The position numbers were made by a program, and so were the translations under genes. 64,000 nucleotides of DNA from the NCBI GenBank assembly GCA_039545335.1, contig BCIN01000009.1, forward strand, positions 186,001-250,000. Reading direction: 5' to 3'. This document shows, piece by piece, positions 47,663 through 60,392 of this stretch. The stretch's first letter is position 1; every line of letters begins with the position of its first letter. Below the pieces are notes generated by a model that did no database searches, was not told the origin of the DNA, and saw only the letters and a program-made list of their open reading frames with translations. Source of the DNA: Kondoa subrosea (taxonomy: Eukaryota).

Positions 47663-49471
47663 ATGGCCACTTCTACTACACGAGCCAGTGAGTGATGTTG
47701 ACGGTATGAATGATAAAATTCACATGCGATAAACTTACTTGGTAGCTCCTGATTCGTCTTTCAAGACAGCTGGCAGTGCACCAGCAGAGCAGCAAGCTCA
47801 GTTACAAGTATGTCTCCTCCTTCCATATCATAGATCATCAGATCTGACGAACAAGCGGCTTGTAGAAGAAAGGCTATATCTCGGGATCTGAAATGCCTGG
47901 AGCAAGTCGTTCTGACAGCTCGAGCTCTTCCGTTTCGTCATTAGCGTCGCAAGCAATGGATTCAGTGAAAGACACTGCTTCTCAAGCGAAATCATCTTTA
48001 CAAGACTCGAAAGATAGTCTGGCCAATTCTGCTGCTTCAGCTAAAGACAAAGTCGAGCGAAACGTACCGAGCAGTAGTGGAGAACTTAAACCATTGGGCA
48101 AAGAGAAGGCTCAGGAAGGTGCATCACAAAGACCACAATCAGGCTCAAGCTGATTTGCAATAATTGTTGTGCACAGTCTCGCAGATCAAGTCTTTTGTCG
48201 CTGGAGGTGTCGGAGGTGTCATGTCTGTGCTTGTTGGGCATCCGTTCGATTTGACAGTCAATTGCGGTTGCGATTTCTCTTCGCCTTGAACTGATTTAGC
48301 AACTGTTTTGACAGAAAGTTCGACTCCAAACAGCTGCACCTGGAGTATACAATGGAGCGATCGATGTAGTACGAAAAGCCATTGCAAAAGATGGTCCGCA
48401 GGGGTTCGTCTGCACCATCAAAGTAACTCTAACTGGTTATTCATGTCATTCAAACAGCCTTTTCAAAGGAATGGCATCACCTCTAGTAGGAGTTACACCT
48501 TTCTACGCTGTCTCTTTCTGGGGTTTCAACATGGGCAAGAAGGTCGTCTACTCTGCAACGCCCAACCGAACTTCATCTGAGCTTTCAAACCTGGAACTAG
48601 CTATCGCAGGTGGTTTGTCTGCGATTCCTACAACGGCCATCGCGTGCCCGATGGAGAGAGTCAAAGTGGTCTTACAATCGCAAGGAGATAATGTGCTTTA
48701 CAATGGACCGGTAGACGTAGTCAGGAAACTGTATGCTGAAGGCGGCATGAGATCTTTGTTCAGAGGAACGGCAGCGACTTTGATAAGAGATGTGCCTGGT
48801 TCTGCTGCGTGCGTGATCATCTCTTTCCTGTGTATAACTAGCTCGAACTCAAAGTTTGGACCCGCAGATATTTTGCTTCGTATGAAGTCGCGAAGAAAGC
48901 TTTGAAACCAGCTCAAGGTGAAGCTGGTATTGGGTCAATCATCCTTGCCGGTGGTCTGGCAGGTATCGCAATGTGGAGTAGTAAGTTGCAAGTGTTCATC
49001 TACTGTTTCAATGCCCTGATATAGAGAATCTATCTAGTTGCTATTCCACCGGAGTAAGTATTTTGAGTATTTGAGTTCCGCAGAGCTGAGAGATGAGGAA
49101 TACAGTACGGTCAAGTCTAGATTACAGTCTGCTCCGCAAGGCACCTATACAGGATTCTTAGATTGTGCGCGCAAGCTGATTGCCCAAGATGGCGCGAAAG
49201 CTTTATTCAAAGGGTCAGTCGCCCGTACCACGTAATTCTTGAGTGAAGATCCTTACACTTGGATATTTGACAGATTTGGTCCAGCTAGTGAGCATCCTTT
49301 TGCTTTCTATTTCCAGGGTAGTGCTTATACAAATGACTAGTGGCACGTTCCATTCCTGCTAATGGCGCTGCTTGTACGTCAAAAGACTGTCGAAACTCTG
49401 TTCACTTTTCTCATCTCTTTTACTTTATCTTAGTCTTGGGTTACGAGTTGGCATTAAAAGCAATGGGTTAG
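47663..49471 (+). CDS. CRC1: Mitochondrial carnitine/acylcarnitine carrier with N-terminal extension
   Basis: IKSFVAGGVGGVMSVLVGHPFDLT|KVRLQ, GMASPLVGVTPFYAVSFWG, PMERVKVVLQ, RDVPGSAAYF, IPPDTVKSRLQ, PANGAAFLG. Confidence 0.9.
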
Positions 49472-49851
49472 ATGATAGATTGTCAAACAAGATTAGAGTG
49501 CATTGCATTGATCACATACAGAGAGAGCTGTCGTTTTATTCGTAGACTATCGATTGGGATCAAACTTGTCTGATTCAGCCGATCCCTCTTCTGCTCAAAG
49601 CTTCGCTACACCTGCATCGTTTTGGCCAAATCGTCACATTAGATCATTGCTTGACTTGATCGCTTGATGACATCTGTTGGAATCTACTTGTTGGGCCAGA
49701 ATCAACCAAACCAGGATTCGGTGTTGATGTTCTTCAAATGGACGATCATCGAAGTACCTCGGATGAAGCTGGAGCATCTCTGAAGACTCTAAGAGCTGAA
49801 GAAAGCATAATTCTTCTACCAGGTAGTCTGAAGAAGAAAATCGATTGATCT

Positions 49852-52669
49852 TTAAGTACCGGGCGTTCGATTGAGAGAAGCATGACTTGAATCGCGACGG
49901 AGACCAGGTGGACCGAAATTAGGTTGATTCCAATTCAATGCGGCAGCTGAACCAGGTGCAGGTAAAGTAGAAGCTTGATTACTGACCGGTGCCCAAATGG
50001 AAGGCATAGCGAAAGAATTCGTTGACGCAGCCTGATTGAAAGCAGGAGATCGAGCCGGACTGTTGCTTTTTGTTCTGATGTTGGGTCCGCCGTTGAATAG
50101 CTGTGCCAGTAAGTCGCCAGCAGTTTGCTTGGGTGAATTGAGCTGAGAAGCAGAGTCTGACCGGGCCATTTGACCGCTGATGAAAGTTTTAGCCTAACTA
50201 CGCCGTCTAGACGTACGAACTCACCCATGAATTGAGGCCGGCTCGTAAAGCATCTCTTCGTGATCCTCTTCATCTTCATCAGGAGCTTGTTCCTGATCAG
50301 CCAATGAAGCAGCAAAAGCCAATTCCACCACATCATCTTCAGGTAGATCCTCTGGTTCTGCAATCCCTTGAGTTTCGTTGCCTAAGTAGTCAAAATCATC
50401 CTCCTCTTCCATGTAGACGCCAGTGATTTCGCTCAGAAGCTTGAGAGGTGTAACACTAGGTAATGCGAAACGCTGAGGAGTTGGGAAACTCTGAGCGGTA
50501 GGGTTGAGATCTTGTCGAACAACGAAGATGTCTGAACTATCTCCGGCCAGCGCAATGGGGTTAGTCTGTGGTTTCATGATCGCACAATTAGCTTAAAGCC
50601 AATTGTATGTCACTTTGAACCTACAGAATTAGCAGCCAAAAGCGCAGCATCCGTCAACAGATCAGCAATTCTCATTAGATGCTCTTCATTTGGATGATTT
50701 GCTGCGGCACCACCTTGAGCCAAATTCACAGATCTTGCAGTCATAGCATGCAAAGGCATGAAACCAACCATATCGACATTCTCTTCCAAAGCACAATCAA
50801 CAGGTAAAGCTGGCAGAACAGAAACAGGGAATCGACCAGCTAAAGTTGTAGCAAACTGAGAGTACTTGGTCCAAAGGTTTGTCGCATCTGAAAGACGATT
50901 GGTGTGCGACAAGAGCCATTTGCTGGCTATTCTCAAAGCTGGAAGAGCGCGACGTAGAACTGGAGCGATTCTGGATGCGAGAACTTCGTTGGTCAGTGCG
51001 GCTGGCGAGCCAGAATCACGCGGGAGAGCATTGGTAGCGTTTGTTGATTCGTTCATGAGTACTGAAAGGAAGCCAAGAACGACCTTCAATAACAAAGCTT
51101 CGTAGGCTTTCTGCTCAGCAGCAGTATCGCCGGTTGAAGTTTTCGAATCTGGTTTGCTTTGCGAGTGGTATTTCTGGGCACCTGCGGCACGGAAGCAATT
51201 TCAGCTTCGTAACAAGCAAGGAATAGCTTCATGCGCTACCTCCGAACATCCGATTATCCCACCAGGCAGCAAAACAAGTACAAATGACCTTGACGATCAA
51301 CTCCGATGCCAAAAGACGCCTAGAGAGCGTAGATGAGAATAAGCTGAGTGTCTTGTCCAATTGAATATCGATTTCCGAGGTCCTGCAGACTTTATTAGCT
51401 TCCGGAAATTATTGAGCGAAGACAGAAAACTGACACAGCATGTAAGAATAGCATAGCATGCAAAGTAACAAACTCTTTCTGGAACACGTCGCCCAGCATT
51501 GCAGCGCTACTCAATGAAGCCGTATCCATCATAGTTGCGGTGCCGACTTCCGCTTTACCGTTCTGAGGGCTAGTCTTAGTCAGAGCTTTGTTGAAAGTGA
51601 GTTCAAGATTGTGTCGAGCAGTGGGGAACTCTTGCTTGACACATAGAGCACGATAGTAGTGATAAGCTGACGAGAGCGAATCGCCGGCGTAAGACGCTAG
51701 AACAGCCAACTGATTCGAAGGATTGCCTGTTAAGAATGTTTGTCAGTACAAAGTAGCAACAAAAGGACCTCCGAGTTCACCATTGTCTGGTACAAGCAAT
51801 CTAGCTTGATGATAGCATTCAGCAGCTTTGGCATAGTTTCGCAATCGCCTTTCCTCCGTAGCAGCTCTTCTCTGACCACCTGATCCTTTGTTCTCACTCT
51901 CGGCATACAACTCTTGATATCTAGCCAGATCACCACAACAGATCAATGCTCTATGACACAGAAGCACCGCTTGAGCTGAAGCTGCCTTTTGAACTGCTGC
52001 TTCTGTAGTAGTATTGGTCGGAACATTGTTTCTTTCGGAACCGGAAGCGATTCCCAAACCAAGAGCTTTGATTGCTGGACTAGCTTCGGTGACATTATAA
52101 ATCGAGATCAAGCGAACGAGTAGATCAACCCAGTAAGCTGCTTCAGCGATCAAGAACGATCTGAAAGCGTGTACTAGCTTCCTTCGAGCTGCATTTCCGT
52201 TAGGGCCGCTGTTCTGTCTCTTGTGCGGTGAAGCTTTATTGTGTGAGAGCGATTTATCTAATTGAGCGATACGTTGTCTATAGCGATGAATGAATTGATG
52301 ACTCGTGTCCGTCCACAACAAGTTGATTGTGTCTAGAGAACGGGTCGAGGTGCTTCCAGTCGCAGGATTATTGACGTTGCTCCCAGTTGTTGATGGAAAT
52401 ATAATGAGCTCGTATTTCTTCCGCAAGTTGATACGACTGAATTCCACGTCTCTAGAGGAGAGATCCTTGGATTTGACCAATTCCCTGCAATCATGTAAAT
52501 ATCGGTGACAAATGCGAGGTAGCGCTGTAGAACTCACTTGAGATCTCCGGACAGCTGCTTGGCCTCTCTGAGTGCGATATTGTATGAGCTCAGCTGGCCA
52601 GCATGAGCATCTGACGAACCTAGCGATTTGCGACCTGCTCTGGCCTTCAGGTTTGGCAATTCTTTCCAT
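49852..52669 (-). CDS. Est1/Ebs1/SMG7-like protein (EST1 TPR domain, no PIN domain seen)
   Basis: LICCGDLARYQE, YHQARLLVPDN|GNPSNQLAVLA, YHYYRALCVKQEFPTARHNL, LEENVDMVGFMPL, HPNEEHLMRIADLL. Confidence 0.88.
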
Positions 52670-52872
52670 TGCAAGTAAATAGACTGCTACGCAGTAATGC
52701 TTGACTTGTTATTGCTGCATGCGAATAGTCTGATGTGCCCTTTAATCGAGGATTGATCGGTCGAGCTGGGTCAAGCTAAACACGCGGAAAATAAGATGCA
52801 TTTCGCGAGAATGTACGCAGCAGACTATAAGCTAAGAGAACACATGTGCCAGAAAGCGATGCAATCAGTCTT

Positions 52873-54536
52873 TTACTTGCGTGAATGTGTAGTGGGCCAT
52901 GTACTAGCTCTGTTCAGAAGATCCAAAGCAGTGCGAGCTGGGGAAGTAGGAGATGTGGCAACAGACCCAGGAGGAGACGTAGTAGGCGTTTCAAAAGCTG
53001 CAAGGAAAGAAGAGCCAATGTTTGCAGTCAGAGCACTAAGTTTGGCAATGCTCGTCGAGCCACCGTTCAAATCTGTCAAGCCAGCGACAATAGGTCCAAT
53101 AGCTGCCTTGAGGTGGTTGTATGACGTCTTCAAGTACGACTTGATATCGCGGCTTGAGGGTGCATCGCTGGCGCGATCGATGATATCAGCGAATTCCTAT
53201 CATAACGTGAGATCTGAGCATATTCACTTTGAGATGGACATAAAGCTGCTCACTGGATCATTCAAGAAGTTTTGAATTGCCTGCGCGTTATGATCAGTCA
53301 AGCTTCGTCATGAAAATGGGACTCGTTGATCTATCGCACCTGAAGGTAAGTTACTACTTCTCGGACATTCGTACCGCCTCGATGATCGTTCAACAGGTCA
53401 GTCTGTGCATCAGAGATCCTCGTTTCTAGCCTATTTGCCAGCTTAGAGATGTGCAGAGATTCGATTCAGCTTTCCCGTTGATGCAAGGGTACGAAAGGCC
53501 ACAATAATTCACTCGCGTGCAGAACATTTTGATAGGATTGAAGGTGAAACAAATGTTCGTAGTCCGTTGGCGAGCCTGTTGGCGAATGATGATGCAATTC
53601 AATTTGATTCAAGCGATTCCAAAAGCTTGCGAAAGTAGCCCTGAAAGCTTGTATGTGCTGGAAGGCTGGTTCGACTTGCTTGTGCTGATGAGTAATAGTT
53701 TTGGAGCAGGCGAAGGGTACGTTTCTCCTGCTCTTGCGTCGAGAGCACTATCGGTCTTGCGATATTTATCGAATTCGTGCATTTGATGGGTCCAAAAGAT
53801 GCTATGTTCATTATGTCGGTGCGAACAGTCGGTGCCAAAGAATCGGATCCAAGGAATCCAATGTTCTTGGACCTCGTTGTACTAGAAGGCAGACGATCAG
53901 ACAAGCGTTAAATCCAAGGGGTAAATGCCACTTGCCCAAACCAATCTTTCTGTTCCATGAGCGTTGTCGCTACCCAATGCGGCATTCAATCGTTCGATCT
54001 CAGTGCAAGCTTTCTTTGCGTGTATTGTACAACACAATCGTATATCAGGATAAGACAAACCAAAGAAAGAGAAGGATTGATCATTTACCTCTTCCAAAGC
54101 TTTGATGAAAGAAGCGACACCGAAATGATGGCTCATCATCGAAGGCTGACTTCGATCGTGCAGTGCACTCTTGATATCATTGACCCGCATGTTGATGTCC
54201 TTAGTCCATTCACCATAACCTTTAATGAAAGCTGCAGCTGATTTCTTCAAATGATCGTAAGCTGTCTTGCCTAGGTGGTCAGTGAATACACCCTTCGTTT
54301 TTGATTGCGACAGAAGAGATCGCTCTGAGCCGAAATGCTCTTCGAACTTCTTCAGGAATTCTTGAGCTATGCCTAATTCCTGCTCGTACGTTATAGTTGG
54401 ATTACCCATTCGACTGAGATGCTCAGGATGGGCATGATCCTTGAAGGAGGTAGAAGAAGGTAATGAAGGTAATGCAGTCGGAGCTGGAGGAACAGCTTCG
54501 ACTGTCGCACGGAATCCAGTGAGAGGCTGCATCATG
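52873..54536 (-). CDS. Hypothetical multi-exon protein, no recognised domain
   Basis: 220-codon open frame 53897-54559 plus downstream minus-strand open segments ending at 52873. Exon joining is tentative. Confidence 0.5.
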
Positions 54537-54880
54537 CAAGATGAAGAAAGTGTCGACAAGAGAGAAGCAGGAAGAGCCTAGCATTGGAGAAAATATCGAT
54601 ACCAACATCCTTTGTTCAAGACATGTTTCAAAGATAGTACAGGGCAAGGGAGAGAGAATAGCCGAGCACCCAAAGCCAATGACAGCCAGCAAAATATGCG
54701 TGTTCAATATCGAGACGAAAGTAGGCCCTTCTCGTATGCCAGAATGCCTGGATGGATGTGGAAATAGATTAGGACGCTGAAGAGACAAGAGACAGCAGGC
54801 AGCTAGATCATCGCTGCTGCTGTCCAAGCTTATTACGCACAAGTTGGACTTGAACACTGTCTCCCTCGCGCGCAACACTA

Positions 54881-56864
54881 ATGGCAGGGCCTTCCAACGC
54901 GAACAGCAATGCTTCCAATGCTGTGCCCTCTACCTCTGGAGCTGCCAATTTAGCCACGCTCGATGACTTCGTAAGTTTCGATACTTGTTCATGCTTGTAA
55001 TCTGTGCTCAAGTATAGTCCAGGTCGCGCTTATGATGTCTGTACCAAGTCACGAGGTCGGTGCGAAGCTGCTTCCAGTCATTCGAAAGCTTCAAAGCAAG
55101 GGAACGACCGCTGGCCTAACTTCTGTGCAATTCCTGTGTTCACCCTTGCAAGACCGCAGCGATCCTTTATATACCTTGTACGGCATTGCAGTAGAAAACA
55201 AGCAACTCCTTGGATTGGGCTACTTGCACATTTTGATCGCCAGATGCTGCGTAGAAAACCTGGGTCTGCAAGAACGGGCTGGTCTGATGCAGTATCTGTC
55301 TATGGCTATGACTCGCTTCAACCCTCATGAGTTGCGAATGCAGCCTGACATGGGTGAGATCCACTCCTTTGGTCTTCTGACGAGTCGAAAGTTAACCGCA
55401 ATCAATAGTCAAAACTCTCTCTGAATGGATCTTCTATACTGCACACGTTACAGGCGACCTTCGTCAAGCTATCAGACCGCTGCTTGATCTACTTGAAGGC
55501 TACACTTCTGCTATCTCTTCAAGTCGCGACAGCAGTTTATTGACACCGATTCACGCTACTTTGGCGAAGGTCTGCTGCGATGCTTTCTCTTGATGATTCT
55601 ATACTGACTGACATCCTTGCCGTCGATAGGTCTGCTTGACGACACGCTGCTACTCTGACGCCCTGTCTATCCTGCGCATGCCAATCACTGACATAGACCC
55701 ACATGTTCGGCGCTTCCTCTTGCCCTTTACACTCATTTAACTTGTTGCGAATAGCTTGCTCCTGTCAACTATCGCGATCATCTGCTGTATCACTACTACG
55801 GTGGCTGTATTCACGCAGCACTGAAACAATGGTCAGAAGCGCAAGACATGTTTGAGATCGTGCGTGACCAATCACAGCCATTCAGATTATTTCTGATTCT
55901 TCGGACGGTGAATCGTACAGGCTGTGACTATACCTGGTACAGGCGTTTCTGCTATTTCGCTCGATGCGTACAAGAAGTGGATCTTAGTTCAGTTGATTCA
56001 AACAGGCAAAGTCAGTATTACTTAATCATGGTGACTGATTGGAATACGCTGACCTAGTGATTTTTCCCAGATCGCATCTCTTCCAAAGTACACTTCAACA
56101 GGCGTTCCTTCAGCTTTCAAGAATCTGCACGCTTTCTACCTTGATTTTGCTGCGGCCTATTCGACCACGAATGCGGATCGCTCAAAACTGTCAGAAATGG
56201 TAAAGAAGAACGAAGATCTATTAGTTGAGGTATGCTAGAATCCCTTCGGTACGCAGACAAAAGCTGAGGATGCGATCGAATGACAGGATGGTAATTATGG
56301 ATTAGCAATTCGATGCATTCAGCGACTCAGAGCAAAAGCTATTTTACGACTACGAGAAACCTATTTGACTGTCTCATTGCAAGAAGTAGCGAAAGCGTTT
56401 GGAGAAGGAGAAGTGACGCCTGAATTGTTATCCGAGGCAGAATCTACTGTTCTCGCTCTGGTCAGTCAGCCATTAGTTCTTCGCGCAATCGGGTGCTAAA
56501 AGAACTGTTCTTTAATTGACAGGTAGCGAAACAAGAACTCTTTGCATCTATCTCCTACACGCAAGAAGGAGCCAGTATTACATTCTCAGAAGATCCAGAA
56601 TCTTACGTATCAGAACTAACTGTTCGAAGATTGAACAACCGAATTCAACAATCTTTTACTACTTCGTACAAAGTCCAAGTTGCCAATCGCAACTTAGCTT
56701 CTAGTCGAGAATTTTTGCAAAAGGTGAGTGTTTTCGCTTGTAATGAGTGTAGTACTGATATACTAGAGCAGGCATTGAGCAATTCAAGCAGTTTTGGTGG
56801 TGCTGGAGGGCCAAGTATTGTAGACGAAGATTTGGGTATGTTTGAGGACAATGATTTTGCTTGA
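54881..56864 (+). CDS. CSN3: COP9 signalosome subunit 3 (PCI domain)
   Basis: LGYLHILIAR, YHYYGGCIHAALKQWSEAQDMFE, SAISLDAYKKWILVQLI, LPKYTS, DGNYGLAIRC...ILRLRETYLTVSL. Confidence 0.88.
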
Positions 56865-56971
56865 GGCAAAAGAAATTAGCAGAGGATCAGCGGTGAAAAT
56901 GTAAGATAGATCAGATGACAGGAAGAAGTTCTTTTTTTATGCATTGCATCAATTCGCAAGGGTCGAAACAT

Positions 56972-58078
56972 TCATTTCTGTTCAGATTCCCATTCTTGCG
57001 TTTCCTCATCTAGCGAATAGTCTACATGTTTCTGCTTACATTCTTTGATTTGGCAGCCAAGAGGAGTCTGCTGAAACATGCAGTCTATATCTTTGATATC
57101 CTTTTCTGCTCGTTTGATCTGCTGATCCCAATCTTGTCTCAAAGATTCGATCTCTTCTATCCATCCTCCCTCTTCATTCCTCACAGCTGTTTTACAGTCT
57201 TCATTACATTCATTCGGTGGCAGGACAGTACCGAATCGAAGGTAGTTGAGCAGTAGACTGTAGGCGTTCGAAGTATCTCCGAGAAGGTAAAGTAATTTGC
57301 CTGCCGAAATTCAAAATCGTGAGCAGCAGCGCGAACACAATATAGTAGAGACTTACCCTGCGAATATCGCTTATCGCTCTGCAGTGCTTCTAGTATCATA
57401 GAAAGCGAACAACAACAAGGCTTCTCTGGATCTTGAGCATGTGAAAGCGTTTCTGTTCCTCTCCATTTCCAGACTGGACTAGTTCCCTCTTCGGGATCTT
57501 CTGAGTCCTGCGCTTGGTCGGATCGGAAAGCAAAAGAACGACAGATGACAGCTTACTAGATCTTGCCATGTGAGCGTGTATGTTTCCAAAGCTTGCAGCT
57601 GCTCAAGAGGTACGATAGTTCCCGCCTGTAACTGAGAAGGCAAGATGCTCATAGGTCGATCAGAAGCCTTGATAATGATATTCCTTTGCAGAATAGCTCT
57701 TAGTTCGGGTATTCTGTCTTCCGCTAATTCGAATTGTGCATCTGCTATAGCTTGTATTCGAGAATCAGGAAGCCTAAAAACCAAGAGGTCAGAATAAAGT
57801 GAAAAATGGGCAAACAAGAAAAATCCGAACCGTTTGGATCTGCAATGGATCAGCTTCAAGAGCATATTTGATATTGGAGACATACGATGTAGTGCATGTT
57901 TGGAAATGGCCGCCTCGCCAAGCATTGATCTGACAAGTCTGGGAGCAATAAAAGCTTTTCTATGTAGATCCTTCAGCTGAGCAATGCTCGCTGCAATGCG
58001 ACCTACCTTGCACCCGCTACATCTCTTAATATCCTCGCGTGAAGCTATCTTCTTTTGGCAATCGAAACAATGTGCCAT
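56972..58078 (-). CDS. MYND zinc-finger protein
   Basis: Spliced CFDC...KRCSGCK|KSFYCSQTCQINAWRGGHFQTC. Confidence 0.8.
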
Positions 58079-58406
58079 GATCGTCGGTGCCAGACAAAAG
58101 ACGCAAATCGATATCTGCAGGTTTCGATGGATGCCGAGCACAACGGGGAAAAGCAGTAAGTATATTCCACGATTACATGGCTGGCAGTAGTCGAGACCTG
58201 CGTGAGCGAGTTACAGGGCATCGAAAAGGAGAGCTCGGAAGCTTAATCTGGGGTATGCGGGGTATAAGCAGTATCTGTGAGCCTAGGTTAGCCTAGCAGA
58301 GCAGCAGAAAGGCTACCGGTGAGAGCCGGTGGGGTAGATAGCGAGCTTCATGCTTCCCGCATTCCTTGCTTCCCAACAACGACAAAACAAGCACAAACCA
58401 CTTAAA

Positions 58407-59121
58407 ATGGCAGATTTCGGTACTTCTCCTGACTCCGTTAATTCTAGCTCTTGTATGTATTCCTTCGAACACGCGTGCCACCGCTGATCGATGAGTCTAG
58501 CCTCCCTTGAGATCAACGACTGCGTATTCTGCGAACACGGCAAAGGTGAGTCCCGCCTTCATTCCCAGGACCTCCGCCTTGCTTATAGCAATATCTTCAG
58601 AGCGCTGTGAAGCTTGCCAGATTGATGCGCGTGAAGAGTAAGACTCAACAGGCTTAGCCCCGCATTTTACGTTGCCTTGCTGAGGCAAACTTGTGCTTAG
58701 TAATGCACTCACTTTGGGAGTTGAGCCTGCCGATTTAGATCGTGAACCAATGGAGATTGAATTCAGTGAGTGGCTTAGCGCGTCAATAGATCAAAGGCTA
58801 AGTTTAGCCGAACAGCTATCAACTTGAAAGAGTCAGTACGAGACTCGTTGACAAAGATCAAAGACTCACTAGTCACTATCTAGCGGTGTTCCTCACTGTG
58901 AGCCAAACAGTCTGATCGCGACCAATATTGAATCCCTTTGATTAGGCAAGAAGCACAAGAGCGCCTCTTGCAAGAATTGCTGGGCTTTTAAGAAGAAGAT
59001 TACCGCTCTGAACAAGGAATACGTCAAAGGTTCGTTGCTCTTATTGTGCGGACGACAGGATCTGATGCAACAGGGAACAGAGAACAAGAACAAGAAGAAG
59101 TCTACCTTCCTGGGCGATTAG
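58407..59121 (+). CDS. 115-aa Cys/His-rich protein, 8 exons (not in ORF track)
   Basis: Exons 58407-58452, 58501-58545, 58601-58637, 58701-58765, 58816-58831, 58884-58897, 58946-59029 and 59081-59121, all GT..AG and in frame (348 nt). Motifs FCEHGKERCEAC and HCKKHKSASCKNC. Confidence 0.8.
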
Positions 59122-59549
59122 ACACATCGTCGTTCGTCGACATAAGGACACGAAAGGCGAGGAGTGGGAGCGCTGAACTTTTGTACTATATATGATTCGG
59201 AAAGAATTTGCATGAATGATTGATTGTGTTTTGGACAATAAGGCTCTATACGGCTATTGTTGGAAGAAGCGCAATCACAGGTCGCTCGTCTTCGTGCAAA
59301 TTGCTCGTGAGATGAATGATCTCCGAGGAAGCGAGAAAAATTTTACCGCTTCAGTCGGAACAGAGATAGAGCTCGCCAGCGAATGAGGACGACAGAAACA
59401 CCTTGAGCATCAAAGAGTAGATCATAAACACAAAGCAGACATGCAAAGAGACGAAAGAAATTTGATCCTGATCGCAGAAACGAGCACTTATCCGTAAGCT
59501 CAATGCAATCCTAGGAGATACAAGTACAATTCGACAAAGGTATTCCATA

Positions 59550-60392
59550 CTAAGAATGTGCAGGACCACGTGTTGAAGCTTTGGAGGCCGCTCCAGAGGG
59601 AGCTTGCAGGCCTTTTGTCGTGAATTTGCTGGCGAAAGCATTGTTGGCTTGGCTGTTAGCTTCGTTGCTGAGTATAACATAGCTGTTAACCACGCTATAT
59701 TGCTTTTCGATGACCTGAAAGAGATTCCACATCCATTTCTGGTCTCGAGACAACTTGTTTGCGTTAAAAGCAAGGTGAACTTTTCCCAACAGGTTTAAGA
59801 TAGAGTCTGGCCGTTTGTAAACTGTTTGCCAACCATAATCGACGAGACTTTTCAGCACTGTGGTTGAGAATCTTTCGTTTGGCTGAATCCAAGTAAGACT
59901 GCGATATTCCAGCCTAGCGAAGTTGGTACAATCCTTTATTCTGGCGAAAGCTTGCATAAAGGTAACAAGGTCGATGAAATGCTTCTTAATTCTTGCTTCT
60001 TTGGCTTTGCTGGTGAGAGTTGGAAGAATCGGAGCCTGTTTGTACCGGAGAAAAGCCGCCTGGATCAAGGGAACGACTTCTTTGCATTGCATTGTGTAAA
60101 TGGCAAGAAAGAGACATTGCGCATAGCCATTTGGATCCTTCTTGGCAATAAAGTGATCGCGCAGAGTTTCCTCCTGTAGCAAGAAACGGATGAATGCTTC
60201 TTCGTCGAAAACGTTAGGCTGTTTGTTGAAAGCAGTATTGACAGAAGTCGCTGCGCCCAACTTGGCTACTGATTTGGCGAGACCCCAGATGTTCTCCTTC
60301 TTAGCTGCTTCGTTCAGCTTTGTCACAGCCTCGCTGAGATCCCATTCGGTTTCTTGGTCGAAGAATCGATCTATGAGTGCGAAGTCTATCAT
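59550..60392 (-). CDS. Intronless hypothetical protein (~280 aa; open frame extends to 60533)
   Basis: Long stop-free frame with helical, protein-like composition (MIDFALIDRFFDQETEWDLSEAVTKLNE...). No motif recognised. Confidence 0.55.
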   Translation of the reverse strand: MIDFALIDRFFDQETEWDLSEAVTKLNEAAKKENIWGLAKSVAKLGAATSVNTAFNKQPNVFDEEAFIRFLLQEETLRDHFIAKKDPNGYAQCLFLAIYTMQCKEVVPLIQAAFLRYKQAPILPTLTSKAKEARIKKHFIDLVTFMQAFARIKDCTNFARLEYRSLTWIQPNERFSTTVLKSLVDYGWQTVYKRPDSILNLLGKVHLAFNANKLSRDQKWMWNLFQVIEKQYSVVNSYVILSNEANSQANNAFASKFTTKGLQAPSGAASKASTRGPAHS

